DNA from: Leptogorgia sarmentosa
Taxonomy: Eukaryota
Assembly (NCBI GenBank): GCA_964658305.1
Contig: OZ210885.1
Span: 6,076,001-6,140,000, forward strand
Direction: 5' to 3'
Length of the DNA: 64,000 nt
A program made the position numbers and the translations under genes. Of this stretch, positions 13,632 through 26,103 are shown piece by piece (position 1 is the stretch's first letter; every line of letters begins with the position of its first letter). Below the pieces are notes generated by a model that worked only from the letters and a program-made list of their open reading frames with translations, was not told the origin of the DNA and ran no database searches.

Positions 13632-14028
13632 GACGAATTTGGAACAAATAAACTTTGCTAGTACATAACCAATTTCTACTTAAATATTATAGGCTAGCGA
13701 GATTGTATTGTCTACATTTTTATCCAAAGCACTCGCTGTTGTCAAATCTTATTACAAATATGTGTATAAAATGGTTGCGGCTCTGTGCCATTGTCTGTGC
13801 GAAATAAATACAACGAGAATACAACGTGAGGGAAGTTGACGTCACACGGTACACACTTGTGCATCAAGGAGTGAAAGAATACACAGCTTAAATATTTTCA
13901 TTGCTACGGTACACAGCTGTGTACCGTTTTAAATTACTGAACTTACAAAATAAGATTACTCGAACACTTGAACAGTTTTATTAGATTATGTTAAATTTAA
14001 CGATTAGACGGCAGTTAAAAGCAGCGGA

Positions 14029-15175
14029 CTATAGTGGAGTAAAATCGATTATAATATAATTACAGTATTTGGTATTTGGATCTGATTCCTTTTTGCTTAG
14101 TATAGCGTTGATGCGATTAGGCATACTTTCAAGTGTCCGATCAACAAGTTCAACACTTAAGTTATCTAAACACCAACATACTCGGTCATGAAAGTTCTGA
14201 AAAGATTCTTTGGTCAATCGCGTATTTATGGCTTCTTGTTCTAGCTGTTTCTTTACTATGTGAAAAATATTTTCAATTGGGTTTAAATCTGGAGACCTTG
14301 CAGGTATTTTATGCCATGTGCATTCAATACTATCGAGAGCTGATAACGCTACTCTGCTATTTTGGCAGGGGCAATTGTCCATCACAAATTTTGCGTTGCC
14401 TACTCCTCTTTGGACCAGCTTTGGCAAGGCATAGATTTAGGTTCCCTTTCACAAAGCGAGCACAAAAAAGGGACCGTCCATTTTTTCATATGCCTTTCTT
14501 AAAATTACTCCTTTACCATACGCAACAGCGACCATGAGATGCAAGCATCTACCTCCGGGCAACTCTTTACTCCCTTTACTTGTTATCTTTAGTCCTTCCC
14601 CTCGCTTTCTCCAGACACGTGATTTCGGTTGCAAGGCAGTTTTAAGTGGGTTGTATTTGTGAACGAATGAAACGCCGTCCAGATAGAACAAGATGTCATG
14701 CGTGTAGAACTTAGGAAAGTCTTTAAGTAATTTCTCAGCACTACGTGCATACTTTGTTCGAATTTTCTTGTCAGACTCACTTAATAATCCTTTCTTTCTT
14801 GCTTGTAAATGTTGGTAGCCAGCACGGTTAAGATACAAGGAAATCGTTCTTCGCTTTGCAATGCTCTCATCCAGGCCACTTTCATGTATAACAATGTATA
14901 ACATCTTTCACCGAAAAGTTTACGGTGGTCTTTCGTAGCGTCTTCACAGTACGCAGTAATACTCTTTCATCTCTTTTGTTGAGACGTTTCGGTCGTCCAA
15001 CTTTTCGATTGGAATTCTTGCTCACCATCTTTCCATGCATATTTGTGTTGCATATTTTATGAACAACTGACTTAGACACTCCACATCGCGTAGCAATTTT
15101 TCTATAACGCAGGTCAGTTTCATTTTTGTAGAAACGAATAAGGGCACTTGTTTCAGGACTAAGCTTACTCACCAT
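14029..15175 (-). pseudogene. Tc1-family DD34E transposase, frameshifted
   Basis: HTH + GRPKRL; FYLDGVSF; second D (MDNCPCQNS) to E (SPDLNPIE) spacing counted as 34 residues. Confidence 0.9.
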
Positions 15176-15478
15176 CTTTTTCGGTAATTAACTGATAATT
15201 GCTGTTTAAATAAATGTTGCGTCTATGACGAATGTAATTAATAAATTATCCAGCTGTAAATCATTTAAAACTAAAATAATAATATAAGACTTTTAATGCA
15301 AAATGGTCGCCCATATCTCGACGAGAAAACCGCTCACCCCCAAAATAATAAATGCTTTATAAAAACAGTTTAACCGGTTCAAATCATATATCTGTCATAC
15401 TTAAGTGATCACAATGTTCAAAATTTATAGTAGAAAGCTTGGTTTACTTGTAAATTGTCGATAATTTTTAAAGGTCAT

Positions 15479-16346
15479 TTTCAGACAATCGTGGCAAAAT
15501 TATGTTGACACCCAGCATTTCTACACCAAATAGTAATGTACAGGGTGTCTCAAAAAAAAGGTAATCGAACTTTGGCATGCCATTGTGCGTTAATTACTGG
15601 GTGTACGAACGTGATTTTTGCATGGTCATAAAGTTTAGGTCTTAGCAGTTGAATGACATATTTCTTGTAAGATATGGAAGAAAATCAGGCAAATGCGAGC
15701 GTGTTGAAAAATCTCGGTGAAAAACGCATTCTTTTACCTCTGAGAATTGCAGCTAAACTTATTCAAAATTAACTCCCTCTGGGACTCGAAGATGACGACC
15801 TTCCCTTCAACAATCGACCTGATTATGCATAATTATTAATAATCCTGATAAAATCTTTGTTACCATGACACATTCGTGATGAATTGCATTTTTCTTTTGT
15901 TATGCACTGCTTTAATTAGGCACAGAGGTGAAAGAATGCGTTTTTCACAGAGATTTTTCAACACGCTCGCATTTGCCTGATTTTCTTCCATATCGTACAA
16001 GAAACATGTCATTCAACTGCTAAGACCTTGATCTTTATGACCATGCAAAAATCACGTTCGTACACCCAGTAATTAACGAACAATGGCATGCCAAAGTTCG
16101 ACTACCTTTTTTTTGAGACACCCTGTATAGCGTTTTCCCATCATATTTTGTGCGCCACTCTCCCCCCATTCTCCCCTATACAATGTTGTTATTTGCAACT
16201 ATACTTTATAAGCATGTCTATATGATTTATCAACATTGTATTGGGGGTAAGAGGGGGGAAAGTGTTTTGGTTGGATTAATTCATTAAAAACGCATCTGAT
16301 TTTGCTTTGCACACGCGGTGTTCACGATAATTTTTGCCAGGATTGT
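15479..16346. repeat. Repeat arms B (inverted) and C (direct), possibly an ACAATC...GATTGT MITE flanked by AG
   Basis: tcAG|ACAATCGTGGCAAAATTATG..CCCCTATACAATGTTG then CAACATTGTATTGGGG..TTTTTGCCAGGATTGT|AG. Confidence 0.7.
15541..16125. mobile_element. Tc1/mariner-type MITE, CAGGGTGT ends, ~200-bp TIRs, TA TSD
   Basis: TA|CAGGGTGTCTCAAAAAAAAGGTAATCGAAC ... GTTCGACTACCTTTTTTTTGAGACACCCTG|TA. Confidence 0.92.
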
Positions 16347-16879
16347 AGCGCCGTACCTTCAGCAATAGCTCAAAATACAAGTTTGCTCGCAGTTTTACTT
16401 AATCAAATCATACTGCAAACATTGAAAGACTTGAACGTGCCAGAATTTCCAAGAGAACCTCTTGTGTTTTTCGATCCTTACAATGGCTGGATAAAAAAGT
16501 ATGAAAACAAAAAGTATGATTTTATTAACTTCCTGGAGGATGAAACCGGTGTAAATTTGATACATTATCGTACAGCGTTAGCGTATTTGGGTAAATATAA
16601 ATCCACATCACATGAAAACGTTAACAGTTTGCCTAACTCGTCAACATGACAAAAAGGTTAAACGATCGAGCAAACTCTCGATAACGTTCACAAGCTCCAA
16701 AGTTATTATTAAAAAGGCAGCCGGGTGTAAAAGAATCAAGAAAAAACTTTTCATACTGAACAAGCAACAGCAGTGATGACTATCGACATACTTTTTCGGA
16801 GTAAAGGCACGCTAGTACTCAAAGTGAACATGACAGCCTCCAACGAAGAACAAAACGCACTTGATCGTGACATGAGTAC

Positions 16880-17353
16880 GATTTGTTGATCCAACAAATT
16901 TTGAAACATCTCGTGCAGTCCACCGTGGTACTGGGAAAGTTCCATATCCGCAAACGAATTCGTAAACTGTACATGGTAGTCCATGCTCGTAGTGTTAAAC
17001 TTTTTCACGTTGACTTGTCGCGTACTCTACAGATGAAACCCGTCGTCATCCTGCCCATAACCAATTTGTGGTTCGTCATCAATTTCATCATAGAATCGTT
17101 TTTCCCCTTGCGTTACCATCTCATCGTCTTGCCATTCACCTAAGAAATTGTCGCGTTGCTCTGGTGTCCACATATCCGTAAGATCAGGCAGTAATCCCAG
17201 TTGTTCGTTCTCCAAATGCCATTGGGAAATTCTATTAAAAATCTCCAACTTCCTTGTAAATACCATGTGCCGTTGTAACTCTGTTAAAGAGTTCTCGTTT
17301 TCCAAAGCCGTAAGCTCAGCAATCGTTTCACACTGTTTAATTTGAACATCCAT
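16880..17353 (-). pseudogene. N-terminal remnant of Polinton-type PolB ORF
   Basis: PQIGYG..VNVKKFNTTSMDYHVQF..LHEMFQNLLD recalled from Polinton PolB N-termini; second remnant at 46560-46705. Confidence 0.5.
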
Positions 17354-17482
17354 CTCGCAACAAATCTAAACAGTAAATAAACTTTAGGGTAAAACCTCTT
17401 CAGTTTTTATCTAAAACATGTATGAGATACGTAATAACACATATAAAACCGGTATAAAACAGAGTCATTTCAACATTATAAA

Positions 17483-17923
17483 TTGGTGGTCATCAAAAAG
17501 CTAAAGGTTGATGAAATGGTACCGTGGGAAATAAGAAAGCTTTGTGAGTTAATGAACGTTATCTTTACCGATGTTGTCAACGAAAGAGTTGAAACATTAA
17601 AAAAAGAAAAGTGTTATGGATGTGAAGTAGATCATCCTAGTCAACGTCACCACGATTGTTTAATGATGAGTGAAGACGAAGCTTGGATGATCTACGGAGC
17701 CGAAGCCATGCAGTTAATCATTGAAGAACAACTAATATCGAAATTGTTTACAGAAGCCATATGTGTCATGAAGTTGGATCCGCACGATGAAGTTATCAGA
17801 CATTTGGAAAACTTAGTTAAAGATGCAGAAACTACAGCAGAATTTCTGAAAAGTAAAAGAACAGACCTTTCCGAGTATCAAGACATTTTGGGCTATCTTT
17901 ATTATTGCAACAAAGAACATTGA
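17483..17923 (+). CDS. Small Cys/His protein (CYGCEVDHPSQRHHDCL family), Polinton-associated
   Basis: Homologs at 29004-29460 (-) and 41245-41667 (+). Confidence 0.6.
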   Translation: MVVIKKLKVDEMVPWEIRKLCELMNVIFTDVVNERVETLKKEKCYGCEVDHPSQRHHDCLMMSEDEAWMIYGAEAMQLIIEEQLISKLFTEAICVMKLDPHDEVIRHLENLVKDAETTAEFLKSKRTDLSEYQDILGYLYYCNKEH

Positions 17924-18040
17924 ACGTTAAACATTTCAAAACATTATGCACGTATTTGGACAGGTATTTGGACACGTATCCCTGTAAATATAAATCACAA
18001 ACACATTCAGAACATTTATTTTATACCTAATCTTTGCGAG

Positions 18041-18582
18041 ATGAAGTGCTTACACGGGGAACCAGCTGCTCAATCCACTACACAAACGGAACCTTTTGGT
18101 ATTGTAATCAAAATCCAAGCTGTCAATTTTTGTTCTGCAGCCGAAAGTTACTTGTTCGAAAAAGCCATAGCCGCCTGGAAGTCCACCAAACAACCTCATC
18201 CTTCATGCGACGGACATTGTAAACCTGCGAAAATGTGAGTGGTTAAAGATCTGATGAAACCCAGTTATGGAAGACCATTTTTCGTTTGCTCAGGAAGCGC
18301 GCAGCCGTGTCGTTTTTGGCAGTGGGGTGACATGGAATTCCAAAAGAAACCCGAATGTCGTCATGGACTTACCTGCAAAGTGTGTAAAGTGAAAAAAGAT
18401 GGTTTGAAGAAGGATCGGAAGTTCTTCTGCTGTCCTCTGGATAAGGAAAATTCATGAAAATACTTTGAATGGTTACCCGACGAACCATACTACAATACCA
18501 GTCTCATCGAACCAGCAAACAAGCCAGCAAATTACTATTTGGAGAACATTTTTATCAATGACTTTGCTAATTTGAACATTTA
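18041..18582 (+). pseudogene. Tandem GRF-type zinc-finger protein
   Basis: CLHGEP..; GRPFFVC..CRFWQW; CRHG..DRKFFCC..YFEW; internal stops. Confidence 0.75.
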
Positions 18583-18681
18583 AGATTTTGTATCCTTTTT
18601 CAAAATTTAAGATTTTGTATACTTTTGTATAACGTTAATAAACTGTTCCTTGTTTCAATATGTGTCATTTTGCTTTTCACC

Positions 18682-19085
18682 ATGAACAAAACAACACGTC
18701 TCATGCGTGTTCTATACGGTCAAGTTATAGCACAAATGATTGAAAACAAATTCAACAATTTTGTTGCAGGTGTAAAATATATAATCAAGATTGTTTAATG
18801 ATGGATGAGTTTGAAAAATGGGAAATGTATGGTCTTGATGCTATACAAAATGCAAATCAAACCGTTTGGGAAAAATTCATACATATTATTGAAATCCTAA
18901 ATATTCCCTACCAAAATGAATTTGGTGAATACTTACTTCAAATGAAACAAAAATCCGATCTTCTTTTGGTCGAATCATTATTTCAAGAAACTATAGACAA
19001 TCCAACACTAGTCTATGTCCTAAACGAAATGGATCTTGGATCATTCAACAAGGATTATCCCAAATTACTTTATGATCAATTGTAA
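18682..19085 (+). pseudogene. Paralog of the CxGC family (DCLMMDEFEKWEMYG)
   Basis: Homologous to 45010-45261 (-) and 41829-42369 (-). Confidence 0.5.
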
Positions 19086-21929
19086 ATTTTTAAAATAAAT
19101 TATGATGCCATTCTGCATTGTCTCTGCAAAAATTAAACGCTAACTGCTACCTGCATAAATTAACTCTGCATAAATTAAACGCACAGGGACTACAACACGT
19201 TTCCGCAGAAAAGAACTTGAAAGTGGTTAACGATTTTGTTATGAATGCTAAGGCCGCTGGAGCCGTTTACGACTCTAATAACATACATATATGTTATTTA
19301 CCGGCCGCAAGGTCCGGATAAGGGAAAACCGGGCCGAGGTCATGCAATGACCAGCATAAAAAAGATTGTGCCTGTCACACAATAAAATGTACCAGACTAA
19401 TGTAGTGTATAGCAAAATATGGGTTGACAACTTGATAGATGAAATATTTATATGATCCTAATTTATACAATTACAAAAGCAACATACTGTTAACTTAGTA
19501 ATCCTGTCCATGACTATGACTGTCCATGACTACTGTTTAATCCCGCGAGGAATGCGCGATTACCGAAGCACGTGTGGAGCACGATTGCAAAATATTTGTG
19601 AAACTTGTGAAATACGTGTTGTCAACAAGCTCGATTTGCATTTTTTGCAATTAAATGATTTTGAAATTTCTTATGAAAACGAGCTAAGTAAGAGACAATT
19701 GATTTAAGACTCACTGTCCCAAAATTAATTTGTTTTGAAAATTGTGTACCAGACAAAGTGACCGACACAATCGAAATAACACCTGTCAACACGGTCAAAA
19801 TTGTGAATTTGTACCGGACAATGTCCATGACCAGCCGCTAATATTCAGGCTTGCTCGACAGTGATTGGTTCTTTTCAGTGCAGTTAATCCCAAATCACAG
19901 TGCAATTTTTTGTAATCACAGTGCAATTTTGTGTTATCATGCACTTTGAACCAATCAAATTAGAACTCAAGCCACGGATTGCTCTAAAACAAAACAAACA
20001 TGGCGGCCGCTCTAAACAAAGCAATAATTGTTTTCGAGTTGAAAATATAGCTTTTATCTTTTTCTTATGAAAGAAAATACTTTATCTCAAACAAGGCTAA
20101 CAAAAGTTATGTGCTTGGGTGAATTTGTGAAAACGTTACTGCTGTAAAATGTGAAATAAACTAAGCAAGAAAACTCTCAAATTTTGCTTTGAGACATAAG
20201 TTAACACTACAATTGCCTTGAATACTTTTATGCAAATGTCAGTTTACTATTTTGTTGACCAGATCACTATTTTGTTGCTGTGGATCGAGCCATTACATCT
20301 TTAATGTTGAACATGCAGCTCTGCTGATCAATTTTGGCAATTCATCGCATGGAGTGATCAAACCATCTGCGACCGTTCCGTCTGTCCGAGCTCCTGGCTC
20401 TTCATGCCAAGACTTTATTTTATGACCATATGAAGTTATGTTTTATCAATCTCTGTAACGTTTCGCTATAATGTTTTCTTTCATCAAAAGAACCATCTAC
20501 TAATGCACATTTCAAACACATCCAACTAGCACATGTACAATATCCAATGCTATCATATACAATGACGTCATGACATGTACCAATATAATACCTAAGATAT
20601 ACCAATTGCTCATTTGCTCTCGCATACGCGAACATTTAACACAACACCAAACGTTGTACTTCAACTGTGAATTAGTTTTACATCTAACTGACATTATGGC
20701 TGGAAGATATGGGCTACCATGCAATACATCATTCTGTCAGTTTTTTTTCCCTATATATTTTTTAAAATTTTTTATTTAATTTTTTTCGTAAACTGGTTAA
20801 TCCATAACACACCCACCATCTTCATATACACAAAACAAAAAGAACAACAACCAACAGAAAAGCCCCTCCTGATCAAGGTCTTAGGACCGAAACGAGTTGA
20901 GGGCCAAAAAATTACATTACCAAATAAAGCTCATCCGCGAGTGATTATATTCATAATCTCACCAATATTCTTCAAAAGTAAGGTCTATTCTTCCCAGACT
21001 CTTTGAATTATATGATGGCCTCAACATACATAGATATTTCACATCTGACCTATAATACAACCATATCCACTATCCCTTCCTCTCACCTTTTACAGTTTTT
21101 AATGCATTGATTCTAGCTTTATTTTTCATATTTCACGTTTTTAATTGTGTGCACGTGGAATGTGTGTAATATGTGTGTATTCGTGCTATATGTGTGTCTT
21201 CCTATAAAACACCTCACAGTACGGTCTTATAATATAGACCCTGCGCGAATATTGTGTTTTGCCATTCAACAGCTATACAACAGATGAGATCAAACAAATA
21301 CCTACAACATCAGTTAAAGGAAAGTCCAATAGGACCCTTTGAATTTCAGTTCAGCAATGAACATTCCCTAGGGACCCTATGAGTACCATATTAACCACCA
21401 AAAACGCCCCGTGGAGGTCCAATTACCTATCTTTATAATACAAAAAACAACGAAAAGATAGATCAGAAGTTATCATAAACCACACATTTTAGTTTAATAA
21501 TTTTATTTCACACAAATGTTTTCGCTGTTAAGCTCTACAGGTGTGAGTTACAAATGAGTGGGGGTTGATTTAAAATGATATTCTGTTATTGTATTATGCT
21601 AATTAATTATGCTATTTGCATGTATTGGGTTACTAATGTTACTTTATGTATTGAGGTCGGGTTTTAGTTTTATGTTATGGCATGACTTCCTTCCTTCTCA
21701 TGCCATACCGGCTATGTGTGCAAAACATATTGGCAGACCAGATATCTAAAGACAAGCGTGCCTTTGAGCTGCTGAAGAAAATGTTTCAAGAATCCAACGT
21801 CGCCATACAAACTAAAGTGCGTGATAAATTTAAAACAGAAAGAAATTACAAGAACTATATATATTAGCCGGTATGGCATGACTTCCTTCCTTCTCTGCCT
21901 ATATACTTGTAAATGTATGTGTCCCTAGG

Positions 21930-23665
21930 AATGAATGAATTAAGTTCCAAATATACTGGCAAAACAAATAGAGTGTCAGAATTAAATTTTAATAATCAAG
22001 AAATAATGGCACCTATGGATATTGCTGAAGCTTTTATTGACTATTTTTTTAGTGTTGGTGACGACCTGGCTGCATCTATACCAACCCTTGACCATGATCC
22101 GAGCTTTTATCTTAAAGCAATGGATAAGACATTTTCATTGCAATCTCCTACCTTTGAAACTGTTTTATAAACTTTTAAGTTAAATTGACGAGAAAAAATC
22201 TGTTGGGTTGGATGATATACCCAACAAATTACTGAAAATGGCTGCACAGGTGGTTGCACCTTCATTGACGGGAATATTTTCTGCATCAATACGTACAGGA
22301 ATATTCCCAAGTGAATGGAAGGCAAGCAGGGTGACACCAATATTCAAAAGTGGTCCTAAGAGTAATCCAAACAATTACCGACCAATTTCCATTATTCCTG
22401 CTATTGCAAAAATTTTTGAGAAAATTATTTCTGACCAATTACATGAATACCTAAACACTAATGAGATTTTAACTTCCTGCAAATCTGGTTTTAGATCTAT
22501 ACACAGTACGGTAACTGCAATGCTTGAAGCCACAAGTGACTGGTCCATGAATATTGACAATGGTTTAATCAATGGAGTAGTTTTTATTGATTTAAAAAAA
22601 GCATTTGACACTATTGATCACCAAATTATGTTACAAAAGCTAAGAAACTATAGTATTGATCAAATGAGTCTAACTTGGTTTGAATCTTATCTTACCAATC
22701 GAACTCAAAAGTGCAGTATTAACGACCAATTGTCAAATTCTGCCCCGGTGACTTGTGGTGTTCCCTAAGGTAGTAACCTGGAGCCCATACTTTTTCTGAT
22801 CTATATAAATGACCTTCCAAATTGCTTGAATCATGCTATACCTAGAATTTTTGCTGATGACACAAGTATAAGTTATTCGGCAAACACAACAGATGAGCTC
22901 CAAAATGTAATAAACTCTGAGTTAAAAAAGCTTAGTAGCTGGCCTATTACTAATAGATTAAGTCTAAATATTGTTAAAACGGAATTTATGGTAATAGGAT
23001 CTCAGCAAAAATTAAGTCCATAGATAGCGAAATAAACATTAGAATCAACGAAAATGAAATCACTAGGGTTGAATCGGTGAAATCCTTGGGAGTTTATATT
23101 GATAAACATCTTACTTGGCATGATCATATTTATAAACTATGTAAGAAAGTTGCATCTGCTATTGGTGCACTAAAGCGTGTTAGATCGTTTATACTATAGA
23201 CACATCCATACAAATATACCAAGCGATCATTCAGCCTTATTTCGACTATTGCTGCACAGTATGGGATGGCCTTGGGGAAACACTCGGTACTAAATTGCAA
23301 AACCGAGCAGCAAGAGTCATCATGAGATCAAGTTATGATACCGACGCAAGTGTATTATTAGATAATCTGCGTTGGGATCATTTGTCTTTAAGATGACAAA
23401 AGCTTAAACTTGGTTTTATGTTTAAAACACTTAAGAGTAATGCTCCCAGTTATTTACAATAATTCTTTTCCATTCGCGGAACTGGGTATAACCTAAGAAA
23501 TTCTGAAATGAAGCTGAATCTGCCTAAGCCATGAACAAATTACTTAAAACGAAGCTTTTGTTATAGTGGAGCACTATTGTGGAACAACCTTCTGCAAGAA
23601 ATAAGAAAGCTTCAAACACAGGCTAAATTTCAAAAAGCTGTTAATAAGTATTTTGATGAATAACT
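21930..23665 (+). mobile_element. 5'-truncated CR1/L2-clade LINE reverse transcriptase, degraded
   Basis: NYRPISIIP, FIDLKKAFDTIDH, GVP*GS, IYINDLP, FADDT, C-terminal KRSFCYSGALLWNNL. Confidence 0.92.
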
Positions 23666-24295
23666 TAAAAAAAGTTTTACACCATACCTTGCCGATACAG
23701 CCCTTCGAAATTTTCGACATATGTCGGGTGGAGCCTAGTGACATAGCGCTCCAACGCCCTGAGTCGTTCCGACTTTTTCTTGTCTTTGACTCTATTCCTT
23801 CAGGCCCTTTCGGCCCCTCTCGTTATACCTTGTTGTTGTGTAGTCTCTGGGACCACACAAAGGTATGATTCACCAAACTCGGTGATTATTGAAGGGTCTA
23901 GAGCGATAATATATCGCTCTAGAGCCCTTAGTCGCTCTATCGCTCTTTTGGCCTTAAGCCTATTATGTTGTGATCTCTCCGCTGCTTTATTCTTTTTTTT
24001 CTATGGTATTCATATTGAATGTTCACTTACCCCTTAGGCCAGAGTTTATATCATATTGCCCATGAACATGTGACCTATTGTGATTTTCTAACGCCTGCTG
24101 AAATTACCTGCTTGAAGTATCCGTTTAATTAAATGTGTGTGTGTGGTAAGATTACTATTGTGTATTGAAGTTAAAAACCGCCTTTTGTGCGAGTTCGCTT
24201 GATCACGATATCAAATTTAATAGTTCCAAAAGCCTATACATACCCGTGCATGTTGTTCGCAACGCTTATTAGCAAAGTGTGCACGGTCAGAGATA

Positions 24296-24550
24296 ATGGG
24301 TCAACTCATTAGCAAGCGACAAAGCCCAAAGATCAACAAAAATCATCACAGACAAAAAATGTTTCGAATAGGTATAAGTTTTGGTCGTAACAACCTCAAT
24401 CTTGAGGGACATTTGCAAATGGGTTATAATAGCAAAACTCTTAAGAATTATGTGCCGATTGAAAATATGCATGCTTTAAAATCGATTGACAGCAAGACAG
24501 TTGACACTGTGCACGTTGACAATGAAAGCGCTGAAAATGTCGAAGGATAA
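24296..24550 (+). CDS. Small MGxxxSK protein (copy 2)
   Basis: MGQLISK..MFRIGISFGRNNLNLEGHLQMGYNSKTLKNY. Confidence 0.6.
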   Translation: MGQLISKRQSPKINKNHHRQKMFRIGISFGRNNLNLEGHLQMGYNSKTLKNYVPIENMHALKSIDSKTVDTVHVDNESAENVEG

Positions 24551-24648
24551 AGAAACAAACTATTGGATATTTTCTCCATTTCATATGCGACGGTGTTAGA
24601 TGAACATGGATAGCGTAGACAGTTATCTATTGAGTGTTTATTACGATG

Positions 24649-24780
24649 TCAAACGATCAGGAGGTTTTGGCCTTTTTGTATCATGCTGCTAACAATCGGA
24701 GGAGTCTCCAGTTTCTGTTTTTGCTCGAATCTGTTCAACGTATCCTCAGGGATAAGAATCATTCGTTTAGCGCTTTTCAT
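24649..24780 (-). pseudogene. N-terminus of conserved Polinton ORF (MKSAKRMILIPE)
   Basis: Starts 5 nt after the pX-like gene on the same strand; truncated. Confidence 0.4.
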
Positions 24781-24784
24781 TTTT

Positions 24785-25111
24785 TTACAATAAGCTACTC
24801 AATATGCTTAAAACAGGCGGTAAAAGGGCTGTTAACAGATTACCACCACCTTTTTGCTGAGTCAGTAAACGACGTTTTCTTACGCGTGAAATCTTTTTGC
24901 TTGCCAAACCTCTGAGATGTTTCTTGTGCCGCGACAAATGTTGTTTCTGCCTTTTTGTCAAGGGCGTCCCTTTTAACACGTTGTAACAGCATTCACAAAT
25001 GCTCAAAATGAGATCACTCGGTCCATGTTCTATAAGGACTTTTCGGACTTTTGGTTTACACTTTGCAAGTATTTGCAAGTAAGGCAGACTATCTCTCATC
25101 CTCTTCGACAT
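24785..25111 (-). CDS. Polinton/adintovirus basic core protein with GGG site and hydrophobic C-terminal helix (pX-like)
   Basis: ICECCYNVLKG..LSRHKKHLRGLA..KRRLLTQQKGGGNLLTALLPPVLSILSSLL. Confidence 0.7.
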   Translation of the reverse strand: MSKRMRDSLPYLQILAKCKPKVRKVLIEHGPSDLILSICECCYNVLKGTPLTKRQKQHLSRHKKHLRGLASKKISRVRKRRLLTQQKGGGNLLTALLPPVLSILSSLL

Positions 25112-25290
25112 CGTGAGATAAATAAACCGCATTTTACAAAAGTACAGTTTTATATACATTAATGACGAAGTAACGGAAAAATAAATGTCACGTGTCACAC
25201 ACACACTTCAGTTTCAATGAACTTAAAACATCTTTTGAATTCTTTTCTGTATATACACATTTACAAATCGTACGAACACTAACCGAAATC

Positions 25291-26092
25291 ATGGTTGCGT
25301 TACTTTTACTTGTTTTATTACATGGCTTCTTGGTCTGTGGAAAGCAGCAAGGGTGTAAATTGGTACGATTTGTGGGCGTACTAGATTGCGTCAATGTGGG
25401 TCTTCAAAATGTACTCATAATACAAAAAGATCGCGATGCCGTAAAGGTTTTGGACTTGGGGCAAAATAATATCACAAAATTGGATAGCAAGATCATGGCA
25501 GCATACCCAAACTTAAAGTTAATCGACGTGCGTGAAAATCCACGTATTTGCGGTGGCGTATTCCTAAGCGTAACAGTGAAGAGTGATTGCAAAATGAACA
25601 AAAGTTACCTCCCCTCATCGAATACCCCATCGCCATCTACCATCTTAACACGCACAATTCAAACCACTCTTCGACCATCGCCCACCAAGCCTTTCAACCC
25701 GACAGTACCATCGCCCCCAAAGACATCCGCAAACCCTAGTACGCATATTCCTCCCAATCCTTACACCCTAACAGAGTCAGAATACTCCGCAACCCTCTAA
25801 ATTCAGGTCAAGTTCTTTCTCCCTCCCCTCACCCTCATCATTCGTAAAACCCAAAAACCCTGTAACGGAGCATCGACGTGGCGATTATCCACAACTTGCG
25901 GTGTATCTGTCATCAGTAATTGCAACGTTGTTCTTCATAATTTTCTGCGTGAAATGTAAGCTGTGCATGCGTTGTCGCCGTCGAACCCATGAAAATGAGA
26001 ACGTGGTGATGGCGACAGTAAACTCTGTGAGGAACATTAGTGAAAGCTCCTCAGGTTCAAGTAACGAAATCTATAATGTTACAAGCGTGTAA
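25291..26092 (+). pseudogene. LRR / Pro-Thr stalk / TM protein (diverged copy 2)
   Basis: Signal-like MVALLLLVLLHGFLVCG; VLDLGQNNI, PNLKLIDVRENP; P/T stalk; TM VIATLFFIIFCV followed by RCRRR; stop at 25798. Confidence 0.7.
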
Positions 26093-26103
26093 TTATAAAA
26101 AAA

